Source: Octopus bimaculoides (lineage: Eukaryota). From it: a stretch of DNA of 64,000 bases. The position numbers and the translations under genes are program-made. Below, one piece after another: positions 63,501 to 64,000 of the stretch (positions are counted from its first letter, which is position 1; the number at the start of each line of letters is the position of its first letter). The stretch lies in contig NC_068983.1 in NCBI RefSeq assembly GCF_001194135.2, positions 122,923,046-122,987,045 of the forward strand. Direction: 5' to 3'. The notes beneath the pieces are model-generated. The model was not told the DNA's origin and did not search any database. It saw nothing but the letters and a program-made list of their open reading frames with translations.

Positions 63501-64000
63501 NNNNNNNNNNNNNAAAGAATACGGAGACAAGGAGAAAAACACGGAGAAAAAAAATTGAATAGTGTTCAGTCAACCGGCGCAGGAGTGGCTGTGTGGTAAG
63601 TAGCTTGCTTACCAAGTTTCTGTTGGCAGTCTGTTGCCAATCGCCATTGAAGATAGACGTTCAGCTCATAGCTCCGTTCTAAGGAACAGAGGACACCGTC
63701 AGGGTAAGCGAATTTGCTTTTTTGTGAGCTGGGTAGAAGTATTGTGTTTTTATTTTTACAGTATATTCTGCCCAGCTCTGGGGTATTTCGCTTCCGCTTG
63801 GCGTTGTTAAAAATTTGAAAATTTGAAAAAATTAAATTGTGGCTTGTTCCAGGCATAGTGTGTGTGACTGGCTGCTGGTGGGCGTTTCTATGAAATAACC
63901 AAGTTCAGCAAGCAGAAACCATCTAAAGATTTTTTTCTCACTTCGGTCGCTGGATTACCGACCAGGACTTTTGTGTGTTTGTTTGACTGCAACGGACTAC

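Noticed and set aside
4178-63562. Many ORF-track entries rich in YI, VC, HT, MYVC or X
   Set aside because: They are translations of (TA)n, (CA)n and (TATG)n microsatellites or read through N gaps; not genes.
1-64000. CRISPR array, rRNA or prokaryotic-type operon
   Set aside because: No regularly spaced repeat-spacer array, rRNA motifs or dense gene cluster; the sequence is eukaryotic and repeat-rich.

Overview
AT-rich, repeat-dominated eukaryotic DNA from a draft scaffold with many N gaps. The dense microsatellites and tRNA-derived SINE families resemble octopod cephalopod (Octopus-like) genomes; this taxon call is my recollection, not a search result. I found no confident host gene, CRISPR array, rRNA or functional tRNA. 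Bases 1-36 kb are a nested transposon graveyard: two minus-strand Gypsy LTR elements with tRNA-Trp primer sites (1-2598 and about 12672-16080, the first carrying a solo-LTR-like insert), a Hero/NeSL-type REL non-LTR fragment, three R4/Dong-like fragments, a Penelope-like GIY-YIG 3' end, a Chapaev3-like transposase remnant, Helitron pieces and L1/Tx1-like ORF1/ORF2 fragments. Bases 36-64 kb are mostly featureless AT-rich sequence with SINEs, MITEs and one Helitron helicase fragment. The best hunting results are two hammerhead ribozyme motifs, one inside a Penelope endonuclease + tRNA-like + (AAT)n + hammerhead module (4697-5290) and one canonical type I hammerhead with a long stem II (21828-21914). 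Also notable are a 1.1-kb inverted repeat with a TSD-flanked insert in one arm, a 780-bp non-coding element bounded by perfect 27-bp direct repeats, and an ORF1-only LINE candidate. All identifications were made by eye from motifs; no database searches were run.
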